The translations under genes were made by a program, and so were the position numbers. The notes under the pieces are model-generated. The model did not search any database. It saw only the letters and a list, made by a program, of their open reading frames with translations, and was not told where the DNA came from. From positions 49,050-113,049 of the forward strand of contig JADGEF010000001.1 of assembly GCA_016744515.1 (NCBI GenBank): DNA of 64,000 nucleotides, written 5' to 3'. Source of the stretch: Marinifilaceae bacterium. Its GTDB lineage: Bacteria > Bacteroidota > Bacteroidia > Bacteroidales > Marinifilaceae. Positions within the stretch are counted from its first letter, which is position 1, and each line of letters starts with the position of its first letter. Shown here in pieces: positions 23,243 to 33,700 of this stretch.

Positions 23243-26200
23243 ATGAAAAAGGTTTTAATTGGATTAATAGTAGCTTTTGCTGTGCATTCTTATACAGCCT
23301 CGGCACAGCTTGAGGGTTTCACCTATGGTGATAAAAATGCTCCGACTGGTGAAGAGTGGGAATCACCATCTCACATCGCCCATAACAAAGAACAGCCTCG
23401 TGCTACTTTTTACTCTTTTAAAGATGTTGAAAGTGCTCGTAAAGTACTGCCAGAAAATGCAGAATATTGGAAGTCACTTGATGGTGACTGGAAGTTTAAT
23501 TGGGTAAAACGCCCAGAACTACGTCCTGTAGATTTTTTCAAACCTAGCTTTGATGTAAGTAACTGGGACGAAATTCCAGTACCATCAAACTGGAATATTT
23601 ATGGTTTAGCCCAAGATGGTGGTCAGAAATATGGTACGCCAATTTATTGTAACCAGCCTGTTATTTTCAAACACAGTGTAAAAGTTGATGACTGGAAAGG
23701 CGGCGTGATGCGTGAGCCTGCGAAAGACTGGGTGACCTACGAGGCGCGTAATGAAGTAGGTTCTTACCGTCGCAATTTCGAAATTCCTGAAAATTGGGAT
23801 GGACGTGAAATCTTTGTTCAGTTTGACGGTGTAGACTCTTTCTTCTATCTATGGATCAATGGTAAATATATTGGTTTCTCAAAAAACTCACGTAATGCGG
23901 CTACTTTTGATATCAGCAAATACGTGAAAAAAGGTAATAACGTAATTGCTGCGGAAGTTTACCGTAACTCAGATGGATCTTTCCTTGAAGCACAGGATAT
24001 GTTCCGCCTTCCAGGTATTTTCCGTACCGTACAACTTTATTCTACTCCAAAAGTACAGATTCGTGACCTTTTCGCACTTCCTGAACTTGATGATAATTAC
24101 GAGAACGGCTCACTGAAAATCTCTGCCGATATCCGTAACTTTAGTGCAAAAGCTGCTAAAGGATACAATGTGGATTTCTCTCTTTTCGCCAACAAGCTTT
24201 ATTCTGATGACAATGAAGTTGTTGCCGGTGCTATTGCAACTGCATCTGTTCCAGTTGTAAATGCTGGTGCTGAGAAAGCTGCTGCAACAGTCATGAATGT
24301 GACAGCGCCAAATCAATGGTCAGCAGAACTCCCATATCGTTATACACTTGTTGCTGAGCTAAAAGATGAGAAAGGTAAAGTTATTGAGACTATCTCTATT
24401 TATACTGGCTTCCGTGAAGTTGAAATAAAAAACACTCTGGCTAAAGACGACGAGTTCGGTTTAGCTGGCCGCTACTACTATGTTAATGGAAAGACTGTAA
24501 AGCTTAAAGGTGTAAACCGTCACGAAACACATCCAGCTTCTGGTCACACTTTGACTCGTGAGCAGATGAAAGAAGAAGTGATGCTAATGAAACGTGGTAA
24601 CATTAACCATGTTCGTAATTCTCACTACCCACCTGCACCATATTGGTACTACCTGTGTGACAAATATGGTATTTATTTGGAAGACGAAGCCAATATAGAA
24701 TCTCATGAGTACTACTACGGTGAGGCGTCTCTTTCTCACCCACCAGAGTGGAAAAATGCTCATGTTGGTCGTGTTGTAGAAATGACTCAACAGAATAAAA
24801 ATCACGCATCTATCGTTATCTGGTCTCTTGGTAACGAAGCTGGTCCTGGTAAAAACTTTGTTTACGCATACAACGCACTGAAAGAAATCGACGAATCTCG
24901 TCCAGTTCAGTACGAACGAAACAATAGTATCGTTGATATGGGTTCAAATCAGTATCCTTCTATCGGTTGGATGAAGGTTGCGGTAACTGGTGAAATGGGT
25001 ATCAAATATCCATTCCACATTTCTGAATATGCTCACTCTATGGGTAATGCCTGTGGTAACCTGATTGATTATTGGGATGCTATCGAATCTACCAACTTTA
25101 TTTGTGGTGGCGCAATTTGGGACTGGGTTGACCAGGCTGTTTACAATTACAGAGCAGATGGTACACGTTACCTTGCTTATGGTGGAGACTTTGGTGATAA
25201 ACCCAATAGTGGTCAGTTTGTAATGAACGGTATCATTTTTGCTGAGCGTGATCTTAAACCTCAGTACTACGAAGTGAAAAAAGTTTACCAGCACATTGGT
25301 GTAAAAACTATTGATATCAAGAAAGGTTCTTTCGAGATCTTCAATAAATACTACTTTAAATCTCTTGCCGATTATGATCTGAAATGGTCTATCTGGGAAA
25401 ATGGTTCTGAAATTAAAAATGGTAATGTTGCACTTGCTCCAACTGCAGCAAGAACTAAAACTACAGTGACTGTTCCTTATAAATTTGCTGAATTAAAAAG
25501 TGGTTCTGAATACTTTGTTAAATTTCAGTTTACTTTGAAAGAGGACAAGCCTTGGGCTGACAATGACTATGTTCAGGCTGAAGCTCAGTTCTTGATTAAA
25601 GCAAAAAGTGAAGTTCCTGCAATTGCCGATGTGACTAAAGAAAATGGTGGCGATAAAGCTAAGATCTCCGATGCTGGTGAAAATATCAAAATCGTTAATG
25701 GTAAAGGTTTCTCTGCTAAATTCAATCTTGCTGATGGTTCACTTTACGGTCTTACTTATGGTGGTGCTACAATCATCACTGACGGTAATGGTCCAAAACT
25801 TGACGCTTTCCGTGCTTTCGTAAATAACGATACATGGGGATACAGCAGCTGGTACGAAAAAGGTCTTCATAATTTGAAACACAAAGCTACTGATTCTAAA
25901 ATACGTATTAATGCAGATGGAACTGTAACATTGGCTTTCACTGTTGTATCTCAGGCTCCCAATGCTGCTCGTCAGCATGGTGGAACAAGTGGAAATGTAC
26001 TATCAGTGGAAGAGCTTACTGATCGTGTATACGGTGAATTTGATTTCCGTTTTGTAACTAATCAAATATGGACAGTTTATCAGGATGGTTCAATCGAGCT
26101 ACAGTCAAGTATCACTTCAAATGAGCCAAGTTTTGTACTTCCTCGTCTTGGTTACTCAATGACAATTCCAAAAGTATACAAAAACTTTACTTATTACGGA

Positions 26201-27277
26201 CGTGGCCCAATCGGCAACTATAACGACCGTATGACAGGTCAGTTTATACAGAAATATACGACTACTGTTAACGAAGAGTTCGTAAACTTTCCGAAACCAC
26301 AGGACATGGGCAACCACGAAGAAACTCGTTGGTGTGCTTTGACTGATAACAGTCAGAATGGTATAAACGGTGCTGTATTTGTTGCTACTGGTAACATGGC
26401 AGTAAGCGCACTTCCTTACACTGCACAAGCTATGGGAACTGCTGCTCACATTTACGAACTTCCAGAAGCTGGAGCTACAACACTTCATCTTGACGTGAAA
26501 GTATCTGGTCTTGGTGGAGCAAGTTGTGGACAAGGTGGTCCTCTAGATCACGATCGTGCTTATGCAGGTCAGAACGATTTTGGTTTCATCATTCGTCCTG
26601 CTGGTCGTAAATTGGACATAATTGCCAATGTATCTCCTTCAGGTGAATTGCCAATTGCTATCACACGTTCATATAACGGTGCAGTAAAAGTTACTTCAAG
26701 CAAAGCTGATGCCAAACTATGTTACTCAGTAAATGGTGGTGCTACTCAGGATTACAGCGAGACTGTACCTCTACGTGTTGGTGGAACAATTAAAGCTTGG
26801 TACAAAGGCAACAAAGACTCTGAAGTTACAATGAAGTTCAACAAAATCGAAAAAATTGATACAATTGTAGTATTCACAAGTAGTGAAGAGCCTGGTAGCG
26901 GTACCGCCGCTAAAAATCTTGTTGATGGTGACCCTTCTACAATCTGGCATACTATGTACTCAGTAACTGTTGCACAGTATCCACACTGGGTTGACTTTGA
27001 CAGTGGCGAAGCTAAAAACATCAAAGGTTTCTCATACATGCCTCGTCAGGATGGTGGAACCAACGGTGATATAAAGAACTATACTATTCATTTAAGTCTT
27101 GATGGCAAGAACTGGGGTGAACCAGTACACAAAGGCCGTTTCTCTAATGACAAGAAAGAGAAACGTGTATTGTTCAAGAAACCTGTAAAAGCGCGTTTCA
27201 TTCGCTTTACTGGTAAAAGTTCACAGAACGGACAGGATTTTGCTGGTGGCGCAGAATTCAGTGTTTTTGCTGACTAA
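23243..27277 (+). CDS. GH2 LacZ-type beta-galactosidase with C-terminal F5/8 type C (CBM32-like) domain
   Basis: [33 protein letters not shown]; C-terminal NLVDGDPSTIWHT...YMPRQDGG...ARFIRF discoidin module. Confidence 0.95.
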   Translation: MKKVLIGLIVAFAVHSYTASAQLEGFTYGDKNAPTGEEWESPSHIAHNKEQPRATFYSFKDVESARKVLPENAEYWKSLDGDWKFNWVKRPELRPVDFFKPSFDVSNWDEIPVPSNWNIYGLAQDGGQKYGTPIYCNQPVIFKHSVKVDDWKGGVMREPAKDWVTYEARNEVGSYRRNFEIPENWDGREIFVQFDGVDSFFYLWINGKYIGFSKNSRNAATFDISKYVKKGNNVIAAEVYRNSDGSFLEAQDMFRLPGIFRTVQLYSTPKVQIRDLFALPELDDNYENGSLKISADIRNFSAKAAKGYNVDFSLFANKLYSDDNEVVAGAIATASVPVVNAGAEKAAATVMNVTAPNQWSAELPYRYTLVAELKDEKGKVIETISIYTGFREVEIKNTLAKDDEFGLAGRYYYVNGKTVKLKGVNRHETHPASGHTLTREQMKEEVMLMKRGNINHVRNSHYPPAPYWYYLCDKYGIYLEDEANIESHEYYYGEASLSHPPEWKNAHVGRVVEMTQQNKNHASIVIWSLGNEAGPGKNFVYAYNALKEIDESRPVQYERNNSIVDMGSNQYPSIGWMKVAVTGEMGIKYPFHISEYAHSMGNACGNLIDYWDAIESTNFICGGAIWDWVDQAVYNYRADGTRYLAYGGDFGDKPNSGQFVMNGIIFAERDLKPQYYEVKKVYQHIGVKTIDIKKGSFEIFNKYYFKSLADYDLKWSIWENGSEIKNGNVALAPTAARTKTTVTVPYKFAELKSGSEYFVKFQFTLKEDKPWADNDYVQAEAQFLIKAKSEVPAIADVTKENGGDKAKISDAGENIKIVNGKGFSAKFNLADGSLYGLTYGGATIITDGNGPKLDAFRAFVNNDTWGYSSWYEKGLHNLKHKATDSKIRINADGTVTLAFTVVSQAPNAARQHGGTSGNVLSVEELTDRVYGEFDFRFVTNQIWTVYQDGSIELQSSITSNEPSFVLPRLGYSMTIPKVYKNFTYYGRGPIGNYNDRMTGQFIQKYTTTVNEEFVNFPKPQDMGNHEETRWCALTDNSQNGINGAVFVATGNMAVSALPYTAQAMGTAAHIYELPEAGATTLHLDVKVSGLGGASCGQGGPLDHDRAYAGQNDFGFIIRPAGRKLDIIANVSPSGELPIAITRSYNGAVKVTSSKADAKLCYSVNGGATQDYSETVPLRVGGTIKAWYKGNKDSEVTMKFNKIEKIDTIVVFTSSEEPGSGTAAKNLVDGDPSTIWHTMYSVTVAQYPHWVDFDSGEAKNIKGFSYMPRQDGGTNGDIKNYTIHLSLDGKNWGEPVHKGRFSNDKKEKRVLFKKPVKARFIRFTGKSSQNGQDFAGGAEFSVFAD

Positions 27278-27326
27278 TACAGTATTTTAACATTGGATGT
27301 TCGATGTTAAAAGTTCAAATATTTGC

Positions 27327-27359
27327 AAAAAGGTGCTTCCTCTGGGGATGCACCTTTTT
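27327..27359 (+). terminator. Intrinsic terminator closing the GH run
   Basis: AAAAAGGTGC-N13-GCACCTTTTT. Confidence 0.75.
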
Positions 27360-27362
27360 CAT

Positions 27363-27493
27363 TATTTACAACATAATTATATTTTTCATTTGGAGTCAAG
27401 TAATTTAGACACTTTCTAGGTCTATTATTTAATTTATCTTGAACCCATTGTACTCTTTCATTTATTATTCTGTCGAAAGAAGATACTTTGATA
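27363..27493 (-). pseudogene. IS30-family transposase C-terminal remnant
   Basis: KVSSFDRIINERVQWVQDKLNNRPRKCLNYLTPNE matches the IS30 C-terminal LNxRPRKxLxxxTPxE motif. Confidence 0.8.
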
Positions 27494-27746
27494 AGATAGT
27501 TAGAACAATTAAAAGCATTACTGCACGACAGATATTTAAGGAATATCCCTTGGTGAAACAACAATTGTGGGGAGGTAACTTTTGGACTAGTGGTTATTAT
27601 GCCAATACTGTTGGTCAATATGGTAATCAAAGATGTTATCAAAAAATATGTTGAGAGCCAAGGGAAAAAGTATTTAGTCGTTTATTGAGAATAGTTGAGT
27701 CTAGATATATAAAAGATACTTCGGGGCTTGCCTCGGGTTATTCATT
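27491..27746 (+). mobile_element. tnpA: IS200/IS605 tnpA 3' remnant with right-end hairpin
   Basis: KIVRTIKSITARQIFKEYPLVKQQLWGGNFWTSGYYANTVG, then a frameshift into DVIKKYVESQGK; hairpin CTTCGGGGCTTGCCTCGGG at 27719. Confidence 0.85.
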
Positions 27747-27827
27747 GAAATAAAGTAAGTTTGGTGTTTAAAATTACGTAACGCCTCTTACCGAAATCGT
27801 TAGTGGTTATTAAAAAAAAACGATACT

Positions 27828-28898
27828 ATGAACTATAGACTTAGATGTTTTTTAATAGGAATAATCATATTAATCTCAATAAATCAATCATTTGGACAAA
27901 AGATTAAGGTTTCTGAAAACTTGATTTTATATAAATTATCAGAACATTGTTATGAACACACCCAAAAGAACAATAACGGATTGATTTATATTAATAACGG
28001 AAAAGCAGTTATTGTTTCAACTCCCGATTCTGATATTGAGACGCAAAATTTAATAGATTGGGTGCGAAATGATCAACACGCTAAAATTATTGCCTACGTG
28101 ATTGACAGGTGGCATCCAGATGCAATGCAAGGATTAGATATTGTTAAAAAAAATGGAATAAAAAGCTATGCTTATGAATTAACAAGACAAATAGCCAAAG
28201 AGAAAGGATTGCCGATTCCTGAGATCGGATTTAATCCTAAAAAAGAAATAAAAGTCGGTGATAAAAAGGTGATTTGCCATTTTCTGGGGAAAGCTCATAC
28301 TTCCGACGGAATAGTTGTTTGGATACCGAGTGAGAAAATTCTATTTGGTGGAAATGAGATTAGAAATTATAACGGATGGATTGGTAATATTGGCGATGCG
28401 CATCTTGACAAGTGGTCTGAAACAGCAACAAACATAAAAAGAGAATATGGTTCTGCAAAGATTGTCATTCCGGGACACGGAAAATATGGAGGTGTAGAAT
28501 TAATTGATTATACTATTGATTTATATAAATTTACAAACAATGAATCAATTGCTAGTAGTTCTGAAATATCCATTAAGCCTGATTTTAGAACGGATAAAGA
28601 ATTTTTTATAAAAGCTGAATCTAATTCTCTTCAAAATGGAAAGCGAATCCTGAAAAATGCAATTATGATTGTTCAGGATGCAACAAAACTTATAGAGATT
28701 GAATCTCCTCAAATTGTTTATCAAACAGACAAAAAAAGAATTGATTCAGAAATTGGAAGATTAAGGATTTACGATAAAATAACAGATAACGAAGTACTAA
28801 GAACAGATGTCAATTATAAAAGACTGATTGTCTATAAATATGATGATTTTGTTGGATTTGTAGTAATATTGAAAGGAATAGAAAATAACAATCGCTAA
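27828..28898 (+). CDS. Subclass B1-like metallo-beta-lactamase fold protein with altered metal ligands and a C-terminal extension
   Basis: NGLIYINNGKAVIVSTP, DRWHPDA, FLGKAHTSDGIVVWIP..KILFGGN, IVIPGHG; signal peptide; about 100 extra C-terminal residues. Confidence 0.8.
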   Translation: MNYRLRCFLIGIIILISINQSFGQKIKVSENLILYKLSEHCYEHTQKNNNGLIYINNGKAVIVSTPDSDIETQNLIDWVRNDQHAKIIAYVIDRWHPDAMQGLDIVKKNGIKSYAYELTRQIAKEKGLPIPEIGFNPKKEIKVGDKKVICHFLGKAHTSDGIVVWIPSEKILFGGNEIRNYNGWIGNIGDAHLDKWSETATNIKREYGSAKIVIPGHGKYGGVELIDYTIDLYKFTNNESIASSSEISIKPDFRTDKEFFIKAESNSLQNGKRILKNAIMIVQDATKLIEIESPQIVYQTDKKRIDSEIGRLRIYDKITDNEVLRTDVNYKRLIVYKYDDFVGFVVILKGIENNNR

Positions 28899-28985
28899 CA
28901 ACTAAGCGTTCGTGTAGCAGAAACTACCCAACATGAACGGTGGGTTGACGTAACCGATGACAGAATTGCTACTTTATGGGGAATG
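28893..28985 (+). repeat. attC-like element, short type, left arm only
   Basis: CGCTAAC-AACTA-AGCGTTCGTGTAGCAGAAACTACCCAACATGAACGGTGGGTT; the upstream stop codon lies in the TAAC; homologous to 42380, 54282 and 56320. Confidence 0.8.
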
Positions 28986-29158
28986 ATCTAATTAGCGGAA
29001 CATTTAATAAAGGGGAACTTGCAATATGAAGCCCTTTTTAAATGCAGTGATTTCAAAAATAGAGTAAAGCTATGGATTCATCTGCAGCTTTTTTTGTGTT
29101 TTGTATTTCGGTGGTTTTATAATAGGGTATAGCTATATCATTAGCCTTGCTTTAAGAC

Positions 29159-29443
29159 TTTAGTGTTCAATCTGGCGAAAGAGACTTTATGCATTTATGG
29201 AAGCTCACAGAAGTAGTTCTTCTAGAAAAATTAGTTTGCTTTTGGGAGTATGAGGAGTGTGAAGACGAATCTCTCGTTTGTTTTGAAACTTTTATAAGCG
29301 AGAAAGGTTCATGTCTACGTCTGACGCATACAGTAATCGAAAATTTCCCTCAGTCCATTTCTGAATTTACACGTGAGAGTTGTTTCTGTGGATGAAAATA
29401 TTTTATTTGTGATCGACTTAAAGCTTACACTGAGACATTATAA
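29159..29443 (+). pseudogene. SRPBCC (Aha1-like) domain pseudogene
   Basis: FSVQSGERDFMHLWKLTEVV...LRLTHTVIENFP...FTRESCFCG*KYFICDRLK; TGA sits where the conserved Trp is expected and the 5' part is decayed. Confidence 0.7.
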
Positions 29444-29516
29444 GCTTAACTTATTTATTAGGTGTGTTTTAACAAGTTATTAGGATGTCTAGATACAGAA
29501 CTTTTAAAAATTCGGT

Positions 29517-29524
29517 TACTTTTG
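29517..29524 (+). promoter_or_regulatory. -7 promoter box of the RND operon
   Basis: TACTTTTG, 27 bp before the ATG. Confidence 0.55.
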
Positions 29525-29551
29525 TAGTATAAATAATTAAATCTACCTATA

Positions 29552-30670
29552 ATGAATCGTAAAGTTGTAATTGTTGCCTCAGTTGTGCTAATATTAGTCT
29601 TGGGCTTTGCAGGTATGATGGGTTTAAAAAGCCTTAAGAAGCAACCTCAGAAAGATTTAAATAGAAAGAAAGTTCCATTTGTAAAAGTGGAGCAAGTCAA
29701 CTATCAAGCTATCGCAACTCCAATTGTTGAGAAGGGACGCTTGGTGTCAAACCTGGAAGTGAATTTAAGTTCAGAAGTTCCTGGACGTATAGTTGAAGTT
29801 GGTGTGCCGCTTAAAGTGGGACAGCGCTTTAAAAAAGGCGATTTTCTTCTTCAGATTTATAATGAGGATGCACGTATGGATCTTCAGGCACAAAAAAGTA
29901 AGTTTCTGAATAAGCTTGCTCAAAGCCTTCCAGATATTAAGATTGACTATAAGGATCGTTTCGACTCTTGGATGAATTTTTTTAATGCAATTAAGCTTGA
30001 TGAGAATATACCCGCTTTACCTGAAATGAAAACAGGAAAGGAAAAAGTATTTTTGGCAAGTCGTAATATTTTAGGTGATTATTATGCCATAAAATCCAGC
30101 GAAGTTAAACTTTCTAAATATCGTATTTATGCACCATTCTCAGGTTCCTATGTTCAGGTAAATACCCAAATAGGAGCTGTGGCAGGAATGGGTTCAAAAC
30201 TTGCGAGCCTTATTGAGTCTAGAAAATTGGAATTGCAAGTGCCTATCGAATCGGAAGATATCAAATGGCTGCGTATTGGCGATCAGGTTGATGTATTGAA
30301 TTCGAGTGGCGTGAAAGTAGCTTCGGGTAAATTGTTACGTAAATCAGAATTTGTAGATGAGGGAACTCAGTCTATTGCCGTATATGTTGGATTAAATAAG
30401 ACAACTTCAGAATTGTATCAAGGACAATATTTTACAGCTAAATTTCACGGAAAACTGATTGATCAGGTAATGGAAATTCCTCGAAATGCTGTATTTAGAT
30501 CGAATAGAGTATTTGTTGTGGAGAAGAATATGTTGAAAGAGAAACAAATTAATGTAATTAAGAGAAACGAAAATACTTTGATTTTCAATGGTCTTTCTGA
30601 AGGTGAACTTTTAGTAATATCGGTTCCTGTAAAAGCAGCTGAAAATATGAAGGTGCAGATTATGAAATAA
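29552..30670 (+). CDS. RND efflux periplasmic adaptor (MFP)
   Basis: N-terminal anchor, VNLSSEVPGRI, IYAPFSG; directly upstream of the RND permease. Confidence 0.92.
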   Translation: MNRKVVIVASVVLILVLGFAGMMGLKSLKKQPQKDLNRKKVPFVKVEQVNYQAIATPIVEKGRLVSNLEVNLSSEVPGRIVEVGVPLKVGQRFKKGDFLLQIYNEDARMDLQAQKSKFLNKLAQSLPDIKIDYKDRFDSWMNFFNAIKLDENIPALPEMKTGKEKVFLASRNILGDYYAIKSSEVKLSKYRIYAPFSGSYVQVNTQIGAVAGMGSKLASLIESRKLELQVPIESEDIKWLRIGDQVDVLNSSGVKVASGKLLRKSEFVDEGTQSIAVYVGLNKTTSELYQGQYFTAKFHGKLIDQVMEIPRNAVFRSNRVFVVEKNMLKEKQINVIKRNENTLIFNGLSEGELLVISVPVKAAENMKVQIMK

Positions 30671-30700
30671 GCTTAATTATCAATTCTCAAATCTAATTTT

Positions 30701-33700
30701 ATGAAGCATATTATATCTCATTTTGTCAGACATCCCTTTTATGGGAAGATGATTATTGCACTTTTTCTTATTGCGGGTATTTTCTCTTTATTCCATATGA
30801 AGAAGTCGTTTTTTCCAGAAACGGAATCCAAAACAATTACTGTATCTATGGTTTACCCCGGAGCTTCTCCCAAGGAAGTTGAAGAGGGGATAACATCTCG
30901 AATTGAAGATGTTATACGAGGAATTGTAGGTATTAAAGAAATGAACTCGGTATCATCAGAAGGTTTCGCTAGGGTAACAATTACTACAACTGGTGATTTA
31001 AAGCTAGATGAAACGCTTGCTGATGTGAAAAATGCCGTTGATGGAATTCCTTCATTCCCTTCGGGAGCCGAAAAGGCGGTAATAGCAAAAGTTCGATCAA
31101 CAACACCAGCTGTAAGAATGGCCGTAACAGGTGATGTCGATTTATTGACACTAAAGCGTTACTCAGACGTTATTTATGATGACTTGATGCGTTCCAAGAA
31201 GATGTCGCAGATCTCAATTTCAGGCTTACCACGTTTGGAACTATCAGTAGAAATAAAGGAAGACGATTTACGTCGTCATAAATTAAGCTTTTCAGAGGTA
31301 TCAACAGCTATTGCTAGCAATAATATTGATATATCAGGAGGTGTTATTAAGAATGCCAAAGAAGAAATTATAATTAGATCTCGTAACCGTTCGGTTGATC
31401 CGGATAAGATTGGAGAAATTATTGTACGTGCTAATTCTGATGGATCGTATATCAGATTGAAAGATGTTTGCGATATTCATTTTCAATTCGAGGATGTGCC
31501 GCGTTCTTCTTATGTCAATAATAATCCAGCCGTTTCAATTCGAGTAAATAAGTTAAATAATGAGGATTTAGAGGAGATTTCAGAATTCTGCAATCAATAT
31601 GCTAAGGCGTTTAATGCGGATCATACTGATGCTAGTTTAGAGGTTACTTTCGACTATGTTAACATGTTACAATCACGACTAAACCTATTGTATAAGAATG
31701 GTGGCTATGGTCTAGCTCTTGTCGTTCTAGCTTTAGCTTTGTTTTTAAGTTTTCGTTTATCCTTATGGGTAGCTTGGGGAATTCCGGCTTCATTTTTAGG
31801 TATGTTTATTTTTGCGAACCTAATGGGAGTCACCATCAATATGATTTCACTTTTTGGTATGATTCTAATCATCGGTATTCTTGTTGATGATGGAATTGTG
31901 ATTGGAGAAAATATTTATACGCATTTCGAAATGGGGAAGAGTCCTCGTCGAGCAGCCATTGATGGAACCATGGAGGTTGTACCTGCCGTTTTAACTTCGG
32001 TTACAACGACTATGGTCGCCTTTACACCACTCTTACTCGTTACGGGTAATATGCAATTCCTTTACGAGATGGCTTTTGTTGTTGTTGCTTGTCTTGGGAT
32101 TTCTTTATTCGAAAGTCTTTTTGTTTTGCCAAGTCATGTGGGGAACGAAAAGGTACTGAATGTGAGAAAAAGCCATACCGCTTTTAATCGCTTCCGAGAT
32201 AAAATTGAAAAAGGCATTATGTATATGCGTGATCGTCTTTATATGAGCTTTTTGAGAAGAGCCATAAAATGGCGTTGGATCATTGTTTTTCTGCCAGTAG
32301 CTTTCATTTTTATTACTGTTGGTTTATTTGGTGGCGGTTTTATAAAAAGTACCTTCTTTCCTAATGTGAGTTTTGATACTTTTAATATTAACGTGGCTTA
32401 TAAGCCAGGAACCAATAAGGATATTACTGTTAGAGCTTTAAAGAGTTTTGAGAATGCGGTTTGGGAAATAAATAAGGAATTAAAGGAGAAGCATAGCCAG
32501 AAAGATGATTTTATTAAATATACAAACCTATCAGTAGGTTCGGCATTTAATGGTCAGGAATCAGGTCCGCATTCAGGAAATATTACTGTAACACTTCGAG
32601 ATATGGAAGGATCTCCAATTTCGAGTTTTGATATCTCTAATGCAGTAAAGAAAAGGATTGGTGATGTGAACCTAGCCGAAAAATTTACCATTGGCTCATT
32701 TAATAGATGGGGTGCAGCAGTTTCGGTTAGTCTTTTGGGCAGTGATTTAGAAGAACTAAATGCTGCCAATATCTTTTTTCAGAATGAGTTAAGAAAAATG
32801 ACTTCTCTCTATAATATCAATGACAATAACCCATTGGGAAGCCGTGAGGTTCGATTAAAATTGAAAGATAAAGCTTACTATTTAGGAATGGATTTGCGTA
32901 GTATCACTTCGCAAGTTCGTCAAGGTTTCTTTGGTGGTCAGGCTCAGCGTTTACAAGAAGGGAAAGATGAGATTAAAGTTTGGGTGCGTTATCCAAAGAG
33001 TGATCGCATCTTTATTGGACAAATGGAGAGTATGCGTATTAGAACTCTAAATGGTGAATACCCATTGTCGGAGTTGGTTGATTACGATATTTTACGTGGT
33101 CCTGTTAGTATTCAGCGATATAATGGTGCGAGAGAAATTCGTGTTGAAGCTGATTTATTAGATCCCAATGAGCCCGTTCCTCCTATTTTGGAAGAAGTGA
33201 CCAATAATATATTGCCTGTTCTTAAAGAGAAATTTCCAAGTGTACGTCCCGAATTTCAAGGTCAAGCAAAACGTTCATCTGAAGATATTGCTGAAATGAA
33301 AATTTACTTTTCAATTGCTTTTATAGCTATCATGTTTATCGTGATGCTTCATTTTAGATCTTTCACTCAAGGAATGATTGTAATTATGATGGTTCCTTTG
33401 GGGATTATTGGATCAACTTGGGGACATGGTATTGAAGGCGTTCAGGTATCGATGCTTAGTGTATGGGGAATGGTTGCTCTTTCGGGTGTCATTATTAACG
33501 ATGCCGTCGTCTTCCTCTCCAAATACAATACCAATTTAAAGGAAGGGATGCATCCCGAAGCTGCTGTTATTGGTGCTGGTAAAGCACGTTTTAGAGCCAT
33601 TGTTCTAACAACAATTACCACGTCGGTTGGTTTGTATCCTCTAATTTTGGAGAATTCATTTCAGGCTCAGTTCCTTATTCCAATGGCTATTGCTTTAGCT

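Noticed and set aside
27307-27654. ORFs 27307-27642 (-) and 27439-27654 (+) as genes
   Set aside because: Each is a chimera: part IS remnant, part antisense of the other remnant.
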